Shown here: in pieces, positions 47,701-57,715 of the stretch
How the letters are laid out: every line of letters begins with the position of its first letter
Numbering within the stretch: position 1 is the stretch's first letter
From: Bacteroidia bacterium
GTDB lineage: Bacteria > Bacteroidota > Bacteroidia > J057 > JANWXU01
Length of the DNA: 64,000 nucleotides
Assembly (NCBI GenBank): GCA_025057395.1
Contig: JANWXU010000006.1
Coordinates: 592-64,591 of the forward strand
Direction of reading: 5' to 3'
Program-made: the position numbers and the translations under genes
The notes under the pieces: generated by a model
What the model was told of the DNA's origin: nothing
Seen by the model: only the letters and a program-made list of their open reading frames with translations
Databases searched by the model: none

Positions 47701-50644
47701 AGGGAGGGGGGGGAACGAGCCTAAAGGAATGCCATTTTAGGGTAGGAGGCACCACCCTCACCTGAATTCTTCTATGAAGACTCGTGCACGCATCCTGTAC
47801 CTGCGCTTCTATTTGCATACTCCTCGATGCAATAAAGTCTATAGTTGAGCTTCTTGCAATCAAACTATCTGTAAGTAAACTGCGCCATTGGTAAGAGTAG
47901 GGAGGCACACCCGTAAGCGGGAATATGGTAAAGCGCACACTTCTGCCAAAACAAAGAACAGTATCTTGTAAATTGATAAAATTAGCATTTAGTTGGGGAT
48001 GCACAGAAATAGTTATCCAATTAGTTACCTGGTTACCACAGGCATCTTGCAAGGATACCCGAAATCGTATTCTTTCAGTAGCTTGATAACGAAGGTGAGA
48101 ATTAGTACTAAGAATATTACCTGCACTATCTTGCCAAATCCAGTTGTAAGGGGGTTTACCACCATATCCAATTGCTCTATAAGTAAAAGGGATATTAGCA
48201 CATACAGTGGTATCTAATAGCTGCAGCTGTAAGGGGTCTACTATCCTTGCTGTAACTAGAGTTTGCTTTTGCATACACCCGTCATTTACTTGCAAAAGAA
48301 TAGGAGTAGTTTGATGAAGTAAAGTCTCAAAAAAATTTTGCCCACTGGCAGGATTTCCCTGCCAGTGGTAGGTATAGGTACCACTTCCACCACTCACATA
48401 AGCCCTAAGGCCTATTTTTTGCCCTATACATTGAGGATGTGCAGTGGTAAAAATTACAGAGTCGATACTTAAAGTATTAGGAATAACATTTACTCTTATT
48501 TGAAAGCTTTGAGGAGTATTGCAAGTATTATTCACTGTAAGCCGGTATATAGTAGAGACGGTAGGACTATGTTGTAAAGTAGGGGCATTAGCTAAAACCA
48601 AGCCACCTGTTTCCTCTTGCCACAAGTAACTAAAATTTCTGCCGTCTCCTCCCTGCGCCCGAGCCTGTAGCCGAACAGATTGTCCTAAGCAAATAGTAGT
48701 ATCTCGAGGGGGAGTTACTTCTAAAGGTGCCTGTATTTCCACAAAAGCAGTATCTTGAATACAAGGATAGCCTGCTACTCGGGCAATATAGTAGGTACTA
48801 GAAATTGGACGTACCACTAAGGGATTTCCTGTAGCTATACGTTGATTTTGAGAATTATACCACTCTACTAAATATCCGCTTCCTGCCGGCTGTAAAGCCA
48901 AAGCTAACGTTGCTGCCTGGCCTCGACAAATTGTAATATTTTTGGGAGTAAGACGACTTTGTAAGATCTCTAACCGAGCTGTAGCTACAAGGCTATCACA
49001 GCTATCTTTCACTTTGACCCTTACCCTACGGCTAGCATTTATTACAAAATTAATACTTGGCGCTGTGCTTCCATCTTCCCATAAATAAGAAACTACTCCC
49101 AAAGCATTGCGCACATTAGGACGTAAACTAACTACAGTGTTGGGGCAAACCACAGTATCTGTAAGGCTAGCAGCAAAGGGAGTGGATAAATTAGGAGTAT
49201 GCACTTGTACCCAAATACTTGCCTGAAGCTCAGGGAAGCGACAAGCGGGAAAAGTACTTTTTACTGTTATTTTAGCGCTCCCTCGCAGTGTGATAGCAAT
49301 CTCAGAAGTGTTATAGGGCAAAATGTTATCATTTTCTAGCCAAGTATAAAGCACGTTTCTGAGACGTCCCCCATAAGCTTGAGCTTTCAAATTAAGAAAA
49401 TTTTGTCCTGCTCTACCACACACATGAATAGTATCCTGCAAAGGAAATAGCCTCAATCTAAGTTCTGGTTCAGCTATATAAACCCTAGCCTCTATAGTTT
49501 GACAAGCAAAGGTAGGACGAAAGCGCAAAATTACTTCTTCTAGAGAAGTATCCTGTTCTGCGTCTTGTAGTGCACTCAAATACAAAGTGTCTGTTAAAGC
49601 ACCACTCCGAAAAAAAATAAAATTACGATCTATAAGGTAATCTTGCCCGTATTGAGCATTGCCACCTAATTGTAAGTCAATCCGCTCTTGGGGTAAAATA
49701 CCTGCTAAGGGTCTTCGAAATATCAATCGAATATCTCGAGAGCATCCTTCGTAAGTAGTAGGCTTTTCTAGTGTTCCTATAAGCCCTGGAGTAATTTCTA
49801 CTGTATAGCTAGGGGAGGAAAGACTCCCTGCCTCTAGCAGAACCGCAGAATCCCAGTATGCGTCTGCTACATCTGCAATTGCAAGTTTTAAATGATAAGT
49901 TTGGCAGGGAACAGGAATTTTCGCTTTAGCTACCAACGGCGTAGTAAAACCATCATATTGAATATTATGGGGAGCAGGTTGGGCAGGACTTACATATTCA
50001 TTATCAATGTAATATTGAGTATTTCGAAGGTGGTTAATACTATTAATAGAAACAGGAATTCTAGTACCTGGGACAAGAGCAATATTTAAGCCCGGAGGCG
50101 GTATGCCAGGACCTGAAATTAAAAAAGCAAATACATCATTATATCTTTTATCCACATATTCTGTATATTCCTCTGAAGCAAAAATAAAATTAAAGGAAAC
50201 TGAATCTGTGCTTGGAATGAAATCAAACTCAAGCACAGCCGCATTAAAAGTGCGAGCACCAATAATATTACTTAAATCAAGGTCGCCGGGAGCACCATTA
50301 TTGTAGTCTGCGCGGGGACGGTTGGGTGCAGGAGCATTAGTATTAGTATTAGGCCCTGGAACATCTCGCAGCCTACCAGTACATAAAATAATGCCTTTAG
50401 GAAAAATACTTGAAGGCCCGTTACTACCCCTTTCATAATACCCGATAGCTTCAGGAGAGCCTGAATAAACTACGTTTTGAACTTGAACTCCTGTACCCAC
50501 TAGCACATTTTTGACAAGCTCCTCGGGTGTTAAATTCTGAAAAGTCGTAATTTGGGCAGTAGCAAAAGAGCAAAGTAAAATCAAAGCAATAAATGGGGCT
50601 GCAAGCTGCATATCTCTTGATATAAAGATAAGATAATATAGCAC
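44738..50644 (-). CDS. T9SS type-B cargo: choice-of-anchor L domain, Ig-like/PKD repeats, gliding-motility-associated (CHU_C) C-terminal domain
   Basis: FIFASEEY...YNDVFAFLISGPGI...NIALVPG...QYDGFT...LKLAIAD; PKD 'WLFGDG'; IPNVFTPNNDGVND, IFDRWG, WDG, GTYFY; start may be ATG 50611. Confidence 0.9.
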   Translation of the reverse strand: MLYYLIFISRDMQLAAPFIALILLCSFATAQITTFQNLTPEELVKNVLVGTGVQVQNVVYSGSPEAIGYYERGSNGPSSIFPKGIILCTGRLRDVPGPNTNTNAPAPNRPRADYNNGAPGDLDLSNIIGARTFNAAVLEFDFIPSTDSVSFNFIFASEEYTEYVDKRYNDVFAFLISGPGIPPPGLNIALVPGTRIPVSINSINHLRNTQYYIDNEYVSPAQPAPHNIQYDGFTTPLVAKAKIPVPCQTYHLKLAIADVADAYWDSAVLLEAGSLSSPSYTVEITPGLIGTLEKPTTYEGCSRDIRLIFRRPLAGILPQERIDLQLGGNAQYGQDYLIDRNFIFFRSGALTDTLYLSALQDAEQDTSLEEVILRFRPTFACQTIEARVYIAEPELRLRLFPLQDTIHVCGRAGQNFLNLKAQAYGGRLRNVLYTWLENDNILPYNTSEIAITLRGSAKITVKSTFPACRFPELQASIWVQVHTPNLSTPFAASLTDTVVCPNTVVSLRPNVRNALGVVSYLWEDGSTAPSINFVINASRRVRVKVKDSCDSLVATARLEILQSRLTPKNITICRGQAATLALALQPAGSGYLVEWYNSQNQRIATGNPLVVRPISSTYYIARVAGYPCIQDTAFVEIQAPLEVTPPRDTTICLGQSVRLQARAQGGDGRNFSYLWQEETGGLVLANAPTLQHSPTVSTIYRLTVNNTCNTPQSFQIRVNVIPNTLSIDSVIFTTAHPQCIGQKIGLRAYVSGGSGTYTYHWQGNPASGQNFFETLLHQTTPILLQVNDGCMQKQTLVTARIVDPLQLQLLDTTVCANIPFTYRAIGYGGKPPYNWIWQDSAGNILSTNSHLRYQATERIRFRVSLQDACGNQVTNWITISVHPQLNANFINLQDTVLCFGRSVRFTIFPLTGVPPYSYQWRSLLTDSLIARSSTIDFIASRSMQIEAQVQDACTSLHRRIQVRVVPPTLKWHSFRLVPPPPFCQGQNVSLQVKAQGGSGNYTYRFPGLQNTSGNYQVTLNNSLLAIPVSVTDGCQIIDTLFSIEALPTLQARFQLSDTSLCRGERLWLQAIVRGGKPPYRYFWQDSVAGEVRFISADSVFSLLPGQSTFYRLWVQDACNQAIITSWQRVRIKSLPQIEISKDTAICQGDCAVLFWQVVPSQAQLRWTPPLTSQGSNGGRACPIQTTTYTLQALAEGCYAEAKSLTVTVRPSPQVRITTPPLAFCQGQDTARIFSQVQRGIPPYRYQWQPFTGIYNNSATTPYLVASPLQTTIYTLRVTDANGCWAKDSIKVTIHPLPVADAGEDTAICAEEGKSVKLKGKAILLDNISNFEYRWQPTLGLNNPYLPDPTATPPYTITYTLKVITKPLGCISMPKDSAEWALATVTVRVKPQPRAHIAPAKAICVGDTLELLALPQNAEAFFWYPQQNMQNSNSANPRVYPSFSQWYYLQIQQEGCLSKADSVFVRVKPRPTIRAGNSLQICAGDSVQLPTPTVSGAPAPYTYMWCPYATLSNSQAANPWAFPQTTTTYYVQVLADGCPSVVSDSLVVSVLPTPKIFLADTFVVYEKEPFSLPAQLIGIPNATFEWQPHENLSDPFLLNPMVDPRFSTTYTLVARYGQCSTQKITHVRVLRKFKAMAWAGRGRICAGDTVWLWGRKSRFSATATYWWKPFYNLSSQQGAIVKAYPQQTTTYTLTLSDSGYTDTAVVTIEVIPRPIAGFEVTPSFECDSFRIKIKDKSKFALFWLYRFGDSNVAVNQREPLYTYHYPGNYQIRQIVKNELGCQDSAFQKVKVLFPKSILVDTILSSPAVGSVLYLPNSEISFYPHPFQANSGSWLWLFGDGNSSQSVAPVHRYTLPGEYYVEVWQEDKGGCKKKFRLGPYIIKEPELQIPNVFTPNNDGVNDSWQPLYLGTEKLKCQIFDRWGIQVFVGEGNALEWDGRNQEGKAVEEGTYFYVIQVGERSYRGTITVLR

Positions 50645-50945
50645 AAAGTTTAGTTCAAATAATTATCGTAGTAAAAGTTCTGAGGTTGAACAACTAGTAG
50701 AATATATCGTTTGGTACTTACCCTGTATTATCTAGAAAATTAAACAAAAGACTTTTTATATTCACCTGAACCAGATTCCTATTTTATACGAAACAGAATA
50801 AACCTTGTTTATAAAGCTAACCCAGAACAAAATTTCATTATCTTAGGCTATCCATTACGTATTTTTACCGAATATTTATTAGTTTTACTCTATCAAAATA
50901 GAAATTGCCTTTTGAAATAAAAACAAAATTATCTACTTAATAAAG

Positions 50946-53900
50946 ATGAGATTTCTATCTTTTTTAATAGTAGCACTTTTCCTTGCTTTAGGAAAACCAT
51001 TATTTGCACAGCCAGCTCAGCCGCTTAATTTCTTTCCCACCCCTAATAATCAGGTAAATGCTTTAGCCATAAGAGGAAATATCCTCTACATTGGCGGAGC
51101 ATTTACCAGCATAGGGGGAGTCGAAAGAAAATACATTGCGGCTATTGACTTACTAACAGGTAATATTTTACCTTTTAATCCGCAACTCAATGGTGAAGTA
51201 AATGACATTTTAATAAAAAATGATCTAATTTACATAGCAGGACAATTTACAGAAATTAATAACCAAAGTAAAAACTATCTAGCCGCTCTGAACCTACAAA
51301 CAGGACAACCTATAGCTTGGAATCCGATATTGAATGCCCCTGCACACGATTTAGCAAGTAAAGATAACCTTCTATTTGTAGCTGGAGACTTTACTGCAAT
51401 TAATAATAGTCCGACTAGGTATTTGGTAGCATTTGACTTGAATACAGGGCAGCCCACAAGCTGGAAACCTAATCCTGATGATCATGTTAGAAGCCTAGCT
51501 ATCTGGAACAATACTTTGTACGTAGGTGGTTCATTTTTTTCAATTAGTGGTGAATTTCGAGAGCGCCTAGCAGGATTCGATATTTCAACAGGCAATCTTT
51601 TGCCATGGGCACCCTCTGTGGATGGAGATATCCTAGACATGGTTGTAGAAGCCAATAGCTCAACATTATATATAGGGGGTAACTTTCTGAACGTTGAAGG
51701 AGCAGCAAGATCCAAGGTAGCTGCTTTTAATATTCTTTCTGGAGAATTGCTTCCCTTTAGTACAATTATCTCTCCAGGTCCTAGCTTTTACGTTCACTCT
51801 CTAGCTCTTACACCTACTAGCCTAATGGTAGGGGGCTTTTTTACCCACCTTGGCCCTTCACAACATAAAAGCAGTATACTATTACGTAAGTCAGATGCTG
51901 CGGCTTTACCTTGGAACCCTACTTATCAATTTATAGACCCCAGTAGAAGCATTATTAATGCTAGTGCTTTTGCAGGAAATAAAATTATTCTAGGCGGAAA
52001 TTTTAGATTTGCACCTGATAAGGGGTACTTGGCTATATATGATTGTCCTTCGCCTGCAAAGCCCATTATAAATGCAATTCCAAGCACGTTTATATGCTCT
52101 GGCCGACCTATAGAATTAAATATTCGTTCTACATTTTTTCCTAATCAAAATTACTATGAATGGTTAGAAAATGAAGAAGTTTTAGGCTCCTTTTCAAATC
52201 GATCTGCTATTTTTACAGATTTTGCGGCTACTTATAAAGCAGTGGCCATTAATGGCTGTGAAAGCTCGGTTTCAGAAACAGTTACTACTACTATAGCTCC
52301 TTCTTTACAAACTCCTGTTATCACCTTTATAGGTAATCCTACTTTCTGCTTAGGCTCCTCGATAGAACTAAGAACTAATATTCAGATGGGTGCAGACTAC
52401 ATGTGGGAAAGGGATGGTGTAGTAGTAGGCGGTAATGCTCCTAACTATATTGCTTCTCAACGTGGAAGCTATACCGTCACAGTCTCAAATGCATGCGGAA
52501 GTTTTACCTCAGAGCCTGTACTTATCCAAACTGATGTAGCTCCTCCCTTGCGTCCTACAATTAGAGTAGAAGGGGATCCCCAAGGTACTTGCCAGGGTCA
52601 AAGCATCACCCTAAGTTACAACCGTTTAGAAGGTGTCACTTATGAATGGCTGAGAAATGGAACTACTTTAGGCACTTCGCAAAATCCTCTTTCTATTACC
52701 CAAGAAGGAGAATATAGCTTAAGAGCTAGCAACACTTGTGGAACTGTAAATAGTACCAACACTATTTCGTTTACGCCTATTTTACCCCCCTCTCAAATTT
52801 TTAGCTCTACTGAATTCAAAATCACTGCTAGTGGACCAACTACTTTCTGCCAGGGGCAGAGCGTACGGCTCACTGTTCCTGCACACCCTAATGTAAACTA
52901 TCAATGGTTCAAAGATAATCAACCTATTCAGGGCAGTACAAGTCCCGCTATAGTAGTCACTACTTCAGGTAGCTACAATGTAATAGCTCGCAATGCTTGC
53001 GGGTCTATAGCTTCCATTAATACTATTCGAATCAGAGTAATTGATTCTCCTATAGACCTAACTCAGACTGAATTTCAACGATGTGGAAGTGGATTTGTTA
53101 CTTTTACAGCTACAGGTAACGAAGAGGGAGAACTAAGGCTTTATAACGCCAATCAAAACTTAATTGATTCTGATAATATTCCACCTTATGTAGTGGGTAC
53201 ATTTCAAAATGAGCCATCGGCTACTTACTTCTTAGAAAGTGTAATTGGAGGGTGCCAAAGTCCCAAAGTACGAGTTACAGTAAATATCCGTCCCCTGCCG
53301 GAAGTATTAGTCGCTAATGATGTTAGCCGCTGCTCTCCAGGTAACTTAGTTATTACTACCAATAACCTGCCAGGTACTACTATACGCCTATATACCCTAC
53401 CTAGTGGAGGTACTCCTATTGCCACTAGTACTCTAAGCACTATTACTACCCCCTTTTTAACCACTACTACTACCTTCTATCTAGAGTCAGTTAATATTTG
53501 GGGATGTGTTAGTGATGGGCGTATGCCTGTAATAGCTGCTATTCAAACTGATCCTTCTTTACGTATAAGCACAGTGCCTGTAACAAGATGTGGAGGTGGC
53601 CCTGTTACTTTTACAGTAACAGCTACTGCTCCTGTAAGACTTTTCTCCAGTGTAGCTAGTACTATTCCCATAGCTGTAGACCTAGAGCCCCCTTATTTAG
53701 TTGAAACCCCTTATATTACTACTAATACTACCTTTTACATAGAAAGCTTTGTTGGAGAATGTGCTTCGAGAAGGATACCCGCTATTGCTAACGTAACAGC
53801 AGCACCTTTTTTTGATGCAGGCATAGATCAAACTATTCCTTGTGGCAAAAGTGTTATTCTTAGCGCTACCCTAGGAGGTACTAACTACCAGTGGGAACCC

Positions 53901-55277
53901 GCTACAGGAATTAATAATCCTATGCAACCGACTATTGTAGTAAGTCCTAAGCAGACCACTACATACTCGGTAAGAGCTATATTGGGCAACTGTGAAGTCT
54001 TTGATACTGTTCAAGTTAGGGTAGTAAATCCAGAATTACAAGTTAATACCACTGCCAGTACAATTTGCTTGGGCTCAGAAGCAAGAATTTCTGTTAGAGG
54101 GGGGGGAAATTATAGCTGGCAACCTCGTGAGGGTCTTACTTTTATAAATAATGAAACAGTAATCGCAAGCCCTAGAGTTACCACTACCTATACTATAAGC
54201 AGTAACGTAGGAGAATGTGAAAGCTCCTCTATTATCAGTATCAGTGTACAACCTGGTCCTATCGTGAGTGCCACTGCTAATACCCAACAAGAAGTTGAAA
54301 TAACAGCTACAGGTGGGTTACCCCCCTATACTTATAGGCTAGGTACTCAAGTACAAACAAGCAATCAATTTGAAAATGTACAGCCAGGCACTTATCAGGT
54401 AACGGTTACCGATAGCCGAGGGTGTAGCGGACAAAGCAACGTGACGGTATTTCCTGCCACTTGCCCTGCAATTCGCAATTTACAAGTAATAAACATAACT
54501 GCTGAAAGTGCTAATGTAACTTGGTTACCAGTGGTAGGTGCTATAAATTATGAAATTGAAATTAGAAAAGAGGGAGAATCAAATTGGCAAATGGTAAGCA
54601 CAAGGGCCTCAAATTACGTCTTTACAAACTTAAGTCCCACAACACGATATGATATTCGAATGCGCGCTTTTTGCCGCTTTGGTATTACAGAATATGCATT
54701 CACAAGTTTCCTAACTACTTTCACCTGCAATCCACCTATCAATTTAAGAGTAAGCAACGTAGCAGCAACTTCTGCCTTACTTACTTGGCGTGCAGAAAAT
54801 AATGCCTTAAGTTACCTAGTGCGCTTAGAAAAAGAAAATACCCCTCCTACTCAATTTAGTATAAACTTTAACTCTTTCCAATTAACTGGTTTAGAGCCCG
54901 GTTCTAATTACCGGGTAACAATCCGCTCTAATTGCTCAGCAACAAATTCTTTTGAATTAATCTCTATGCCCTCTAACGTACTTACATTTTCTACCCCTTC
55001 TGCTAAAATAGGTACTTCTAGTTCAAATAATGGTGTAATTATCTACCCCAATCCATCTAAGGGAATAATTACGGTATCTTCTATTTTATTAGCTAACCAA
55101 AAGTTACTTTTGCGGTTACGTGATGTTAAAGGGAACTTAATCTTTGAAGATAATTTTGAGTCTAATGAATATGGGGAAGTTTATGCTAATTTATCTAATA
55201 TTGTAAGTGGTTTATATATCCTTGAAGTTTTTACCCAAGAGGGTAAGAACTACCGCTTTAAACTCGCTTTTGAATAA
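50946..55277 (+). CDS. T9SS type-A cargo: N-terminal beta-propeller, Ig-like repeats, SprB-like repeat, 2 FN3, CTD
   Basis: Repeats 'VNALA..GN.LYIGG.FT.I.G..R.YIAA.DL.TG...WNP'; three RCG-type Ig repeats; IYPNPSKG...SGLYIL...KLAFE. Confidence 0.88.
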   Translation: MRFLSFLIVALFLALGKPLFAQPAQPLNFFPTPNNQVNALAIRGNILYIGGAFTSIGGVERKYIAAIDLLTGNILPFNPQLNGEVNDILIKNDLIYIAGQFTEINNQSKNYLAALNLQTGQPIAWNPILNAPAHDLASKDNLLFVAGDFTAINNSPTRYLVAFDLNTGQPTSWKPNPDDHVRSLAIWNNTLYVGGSFFSISGEFRERLAGFDISTGNLLPWAPSVDGDILDMVVEANSSTLYIGGNFLNVEGAARSKVAAFNILSGELLPFSTIISPGPSFYVHSLALTPTSLMVGGFFTHLGPSQHKSSILLRKSDAAALPWNPTYQFIDPSRSIINASAFAGNKIILGGNFRFAPDKGYLAIYDCPSPAKPIINAIPSTFICSGRPIELNIRSTFFPNQNYYEWLENEEVLGSFSNRSAIFTDFAATYKAVAINGCESSVSETVTTTIAPSLQTPVITFIGNPTFCLGSSIELRTNIQMGADYMWERDGVVVGGNAPNYIASQRGSYTVTVSNACGSFTSEPVLIQTDVAPPLRPTIRVEGDPQGTCQGQSITLSYNRLEGVTYEWLRNGTTLGTSQNPLSITQEGEYSLRASNTCGTVNSTNTISFTPILPPSQIFSSTEFKITASGPTTFCQGQSVRLTVPAHPNVNYQWFKDNQPIQGSTSPAIVVTTSGSYNVIARNACGSIASINTIRIRVIDSPIDLTQTEFQRCGSGFVTFTATGNEEGELRLYNANQNLIDSDNIPPYVVGTFQNEPSATYFLESVIGGCQSPKVRVTVNIRPLPEVLVANDVSRCSPGNLVITTNNLPGTTIRLYTLPSGGTPIATSTLSTITTPFLTTTTTFYLESVNIWGCVSDGRMPVIAAIQTDPSLRISTVPVTRCGGGPVTFTVTATAPVRLFSSVASTIPIAVDLEPPYLVETPYITTNTTFYIESFVGECASRRIPAIANVTAAPFFDAGIDQTIPCGKSVILSATLGGTNYQWEPATGINNPMQPTIVVSPKQTTTYSVRAILGNCEVFDTVQVRVVNPELQVNTTASTICLGSEARISVRGGGNYSWQPREGLTFINNETVIASPRVTTTYTISSNVGECESSSIISISVQPGPIVSATANTQQEVEITATGGLPPYTYRLGTQVQTSNQFENVQPGTYQVTVTDSRGCSGQSNVTVFPATCPAIRNLQVINITAESANVTWLPVVGAINYEIEIRKEGESNWQMVSTRASNYVFTNLSPTTRYDIRMRAFCRFGITEYAFTSFLTTFTCNPPINLRVSNVAATSALLTWRAENNALSYLVRLEKENTPPTQFSINFNSFQLTGLEPGSNYRVTIRSNCSATNSFELISMPSNVLTFSTPSAKIGTSSSNNGVIIYPNPSKGIITVSSILLANQKLLLRLRDVKGNLIFEDNFESNEYGEVYANLSNIVSGLYILEVFTQEGKNYRFKLAFE

Positions 55278-55300
55278 CTAAATAAACTCTTATATTTGGG

Positions 55301-55335
55301 TAGCTCGTAAACTCAATGTTTACGAGCTATTTTTT
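55301..55335 (+). terminator. Intrinsic terminator
   Basis: TAGCTCGTAAAC-tcaat-GTTTACGAGCTA followed by T6. Confidence 0.85.
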
Positions 55336-55346
55336 AGTTTTAGAGT

Positions 55347-55769
55347 ATGACAAATCCAATTGTTCTTCGTCTTAGAGGTTATATAGGTAAAGAAGTAAAA
55401 GATAGTCCTTCCCCGGTTTCGCATTTTTTACGGGGTATTCTGGTAGAGGTAGAAGAGGGCATGGTAGAGGCAGAATATATCGTTCATCAAGAATTTACCA
55501 ATCCATTAGGAACATTGCATGGGGGCATTATGGCAGCCATTATTGATGACACAGTGGGTGCCGCGGTTTACACACTAGCATTACCCACCCCTTTCGTAAC
55601 AATCACCCTAAATATTGACTACATGGCCCCAGCAAACCTGGGCGAAACTATTTTTGTACGCTCAGAGGTTTTTAAGAAAGGTAAAACAGTAATAAATGCT
55701 ATTAGTTGGGTAAAAAATAAAGCAGGTGTATATTTAGCAAAAGCAAGTTCAAATTTAATAGCCAAATAA
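55347..55769 (+). CDS. PaaI-family (hotdog fold) thioesterase
   Basis: NPLGTLHGGIMAAIIDD, TITLNIDYMAPA. Confidence 0.92.
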   Translation: MTNPIVLRLRGYIGKEVKDSPSPVSHFLRGILVEVEEGMVEAEYIVHQEFTNPLGTLHGGIMAAIIDDTVGAAVYTLALPTPFVTITLNIDYMAPANLGETIFVRSEVFKKGKTVINAISWVKNKAGVYLAKASSNLIAK

Positions 55770-55783
55770 TAAAAATCACTTTC

Positions 55784-57100
55784 ATGTTCGAGACCTTTAA
55801 GCCGCAGGACGCCCAAACTTGGAATCAACTTTTGAGTCAAGAGCTCAAGGGTAAAAATCCTTCCCTCTTAAATGGAAAATGGGAAACATGTATAGAATAT
55901 CAACCTTTCTATCTTCAAGACAGCTCCATAAAAACGCCAGCGGAACCTATTTTCTTTCCTGATTACCAAGTAGGAAGCTTTTATACAGCTACCGATCTCC
56001 TCACTTACCCTCAACTACTGAATTATGCTCTAGAAAATGATGTACAATTTGTAGGAATTTATATTAATGACCCTGATAATCTCTTTCAGTTAGTTGAATC
56101 CACGTCTCCCCTTTCTAACCAATATCCTCGTGTGCTATTCTATTATTCTGTACCATCTTTAGAAATTTTTGAAAACATTACTCAAATACTAGAATCCACA
56201 GAATCTTTTTCTACTCCTCCTGTTACGCTTTACGAATGGCTAAGTGTCTTCTTCGAGAAGCACACTTCAAATAGTATAAAAAATTGGTATGAACTTAAAA
56301 CAACATTAACGCAAAAAAATTTTAATTGTGCAGAAGGTATTGATTTATATGCTTTTGATAGCTACGGAGCATACAGTTACCAAGAGATAGGCTTCTTCCA
56401 GTATTATTTATATCATTTTTTATACCCCCTCAAATCAATTCCTAAAAGAGTATATATTACTATCAGTTTGAGCTTAAACTTAAATTTGCAAATTGCCAAA
56501 CTTCGAGCTATTAGGCGGGTATGGAATCAATTTTTATCCACCAATCAGATCCCCTCTACTGAGCTTTATATTATTGGTAAGACCTCCAAATTCTATTTAA
56601 GCCAACTATTAGAAGAGAATAACTTAATTAGAAATACAATAAGTACCCTAGCCGGAATACTAGGAGGATGTAATACTATTGCGGTAACCCCTCACACTTT
56701 CAAAAAAGATAAAAATATTATCCATGCCGATAGGTGGGCCCGAAATATACAGCATTTACTAATTCATGAGTCTGGTTTAACTAAAGTAAAAGACCCACTT
56801 GCTGGTTCTTACTTTATAGAAAATTTAACACAGCAAATAATCGAAAATGCAGAAAAATGGTACAAACAACTCGAAAACAAAGGTGGAGTATTTACAGAAA
56901 CAGGGCTAGAATTTATAACCCAAGAACTACTCAACGCCAAACAACATAGAGTAGAGTTAGCCATATCTAAAGAGCTACCTATCATTGGAAGTAACCTATA
57001 TAGAATGCCTCAAGATCCCCCCCTAAAAGAATTAACCCATACTGAAATATTAATGATGCTACCTTACATTCAGAGAATTGCAGAACTCTTTGAACAATAG
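55784..57100 (+). CDS. Methylmalonyl-CoA mutase small-subunit-like protein (degenerate)
   Basis: W...L..ELKG, IAKLRAIRRVW, NNLIRNT...LAGILGGCN, ARNIQHLLIHES, VKDPLAGSYFIENLT, IIGSNLY; no B12-binding domain. Confidence 0.8.
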   Translation: MFETFKPQDAQTWNQLLSQELKGKNPSLLNGKWETCIEYQPFYLQDSSIKTPAEPIFFPDYQVGSFYTATDLLTYPQLLNYALENDVQFVGIYINDPDNLFQLVESTSPLSNQYPRVLFYYSVPSLEIFENITQILESTESFSTPPVTLYEWLSVFFEKHTSNSIKNWYELKTTLTQKNFNCAEGIDLYAFDSYGAYSYQEIGFFQYYLYHFLYPLKSIPKRVYITISLSLNLNLQIAKLRAIRRVWNQFLSTNQIPSTELYIIGKTSKFYLSQLLEENNLIRNTISTLAGILGGCNTIAVTPHTFKKDKNIIHADRWARNIQHLLIHESGLTKVKDPLAGSYFIENLTQQIIENAEKWYKQLENKGGVFTETGLEFITQELLNAKQHRVELAISKELPIIGSNLYRMPQDPPLKELTHTEILMMLPYIQRIAELFEQ

Positions 57101-57103
57101 CAA

Positions 57104-57679
57104 GTGACTCCGGAAATTATCCAAAAAATTGATGCAGAAATCTTTTTATTCCTTTATCATTTTAGGCATCCTGCTATAACTCCTATTTTTGAGCTAATTA
57201 CTAATAAATGGATATGGATACCATTTTACTTATCGCTTTGCTACTTTTTTTATCACCTTTTAGGCATAAAAAAAACCCTTCACCATGTAGTATGGTTGAT
57301 TATTTTAGTTTTTTTAGCTGATACTACAGCTTCAAAAGTACTTAAGCCTTATTTTGAGCGGCTACGCCCTTGCAATGAGCCCCGGCTAATGTACCAATTT
57401 TCAATGGAAGGACGACCTTGTAGTAAGTCCTTTAGCTTTGTTTCCTCACATGCTGCCAATAGCTTTGCACTAGCTACTTATGTAACCCTATCTTTTCGCC
57501 GATCAAAACACATCAGACAAAAAGTAATCACCACTATACTTTGGAGTTGGGCATTTTTACATACTTATTCGCGGCTATATTTAGGGCTCCACTATCCTTT
57601 AGATTTAGTTGGAGGTAGTGCAGTAGGCATGCTCTATGCGTTAGTTATTTATAAACTAAGTCTATGGATAAAAATTTGA
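57104..57679 (+). CDS. PAP2 family phosphatase
   Basis: KPYFERLRP, SFVSSHA, SRLYLGLHYPLD; multiple TMs. Confidence 0.92.
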   Translation: MTPEIIQKIDAEIFLFLYHFRHPAITPIFELITNKWIWIPFYLSLCYFFYHLLGIKKTLHHVVWLIILVFLADTTASKVLKPYFERLRPCNEPRLMYQFSMEGRPCSKSFSFVSSHAANSFALATYVTLSFRRSKHIRQKVITTILWSWAFLHTYSRLYLGLHYPLDLVGGSAVGMLYALVIYKLSLWIKI

Positions 57680-57715
57680 TTTCAATTTAGTTTTTTGCAA
57701 AAAATTTTAAAAGTC

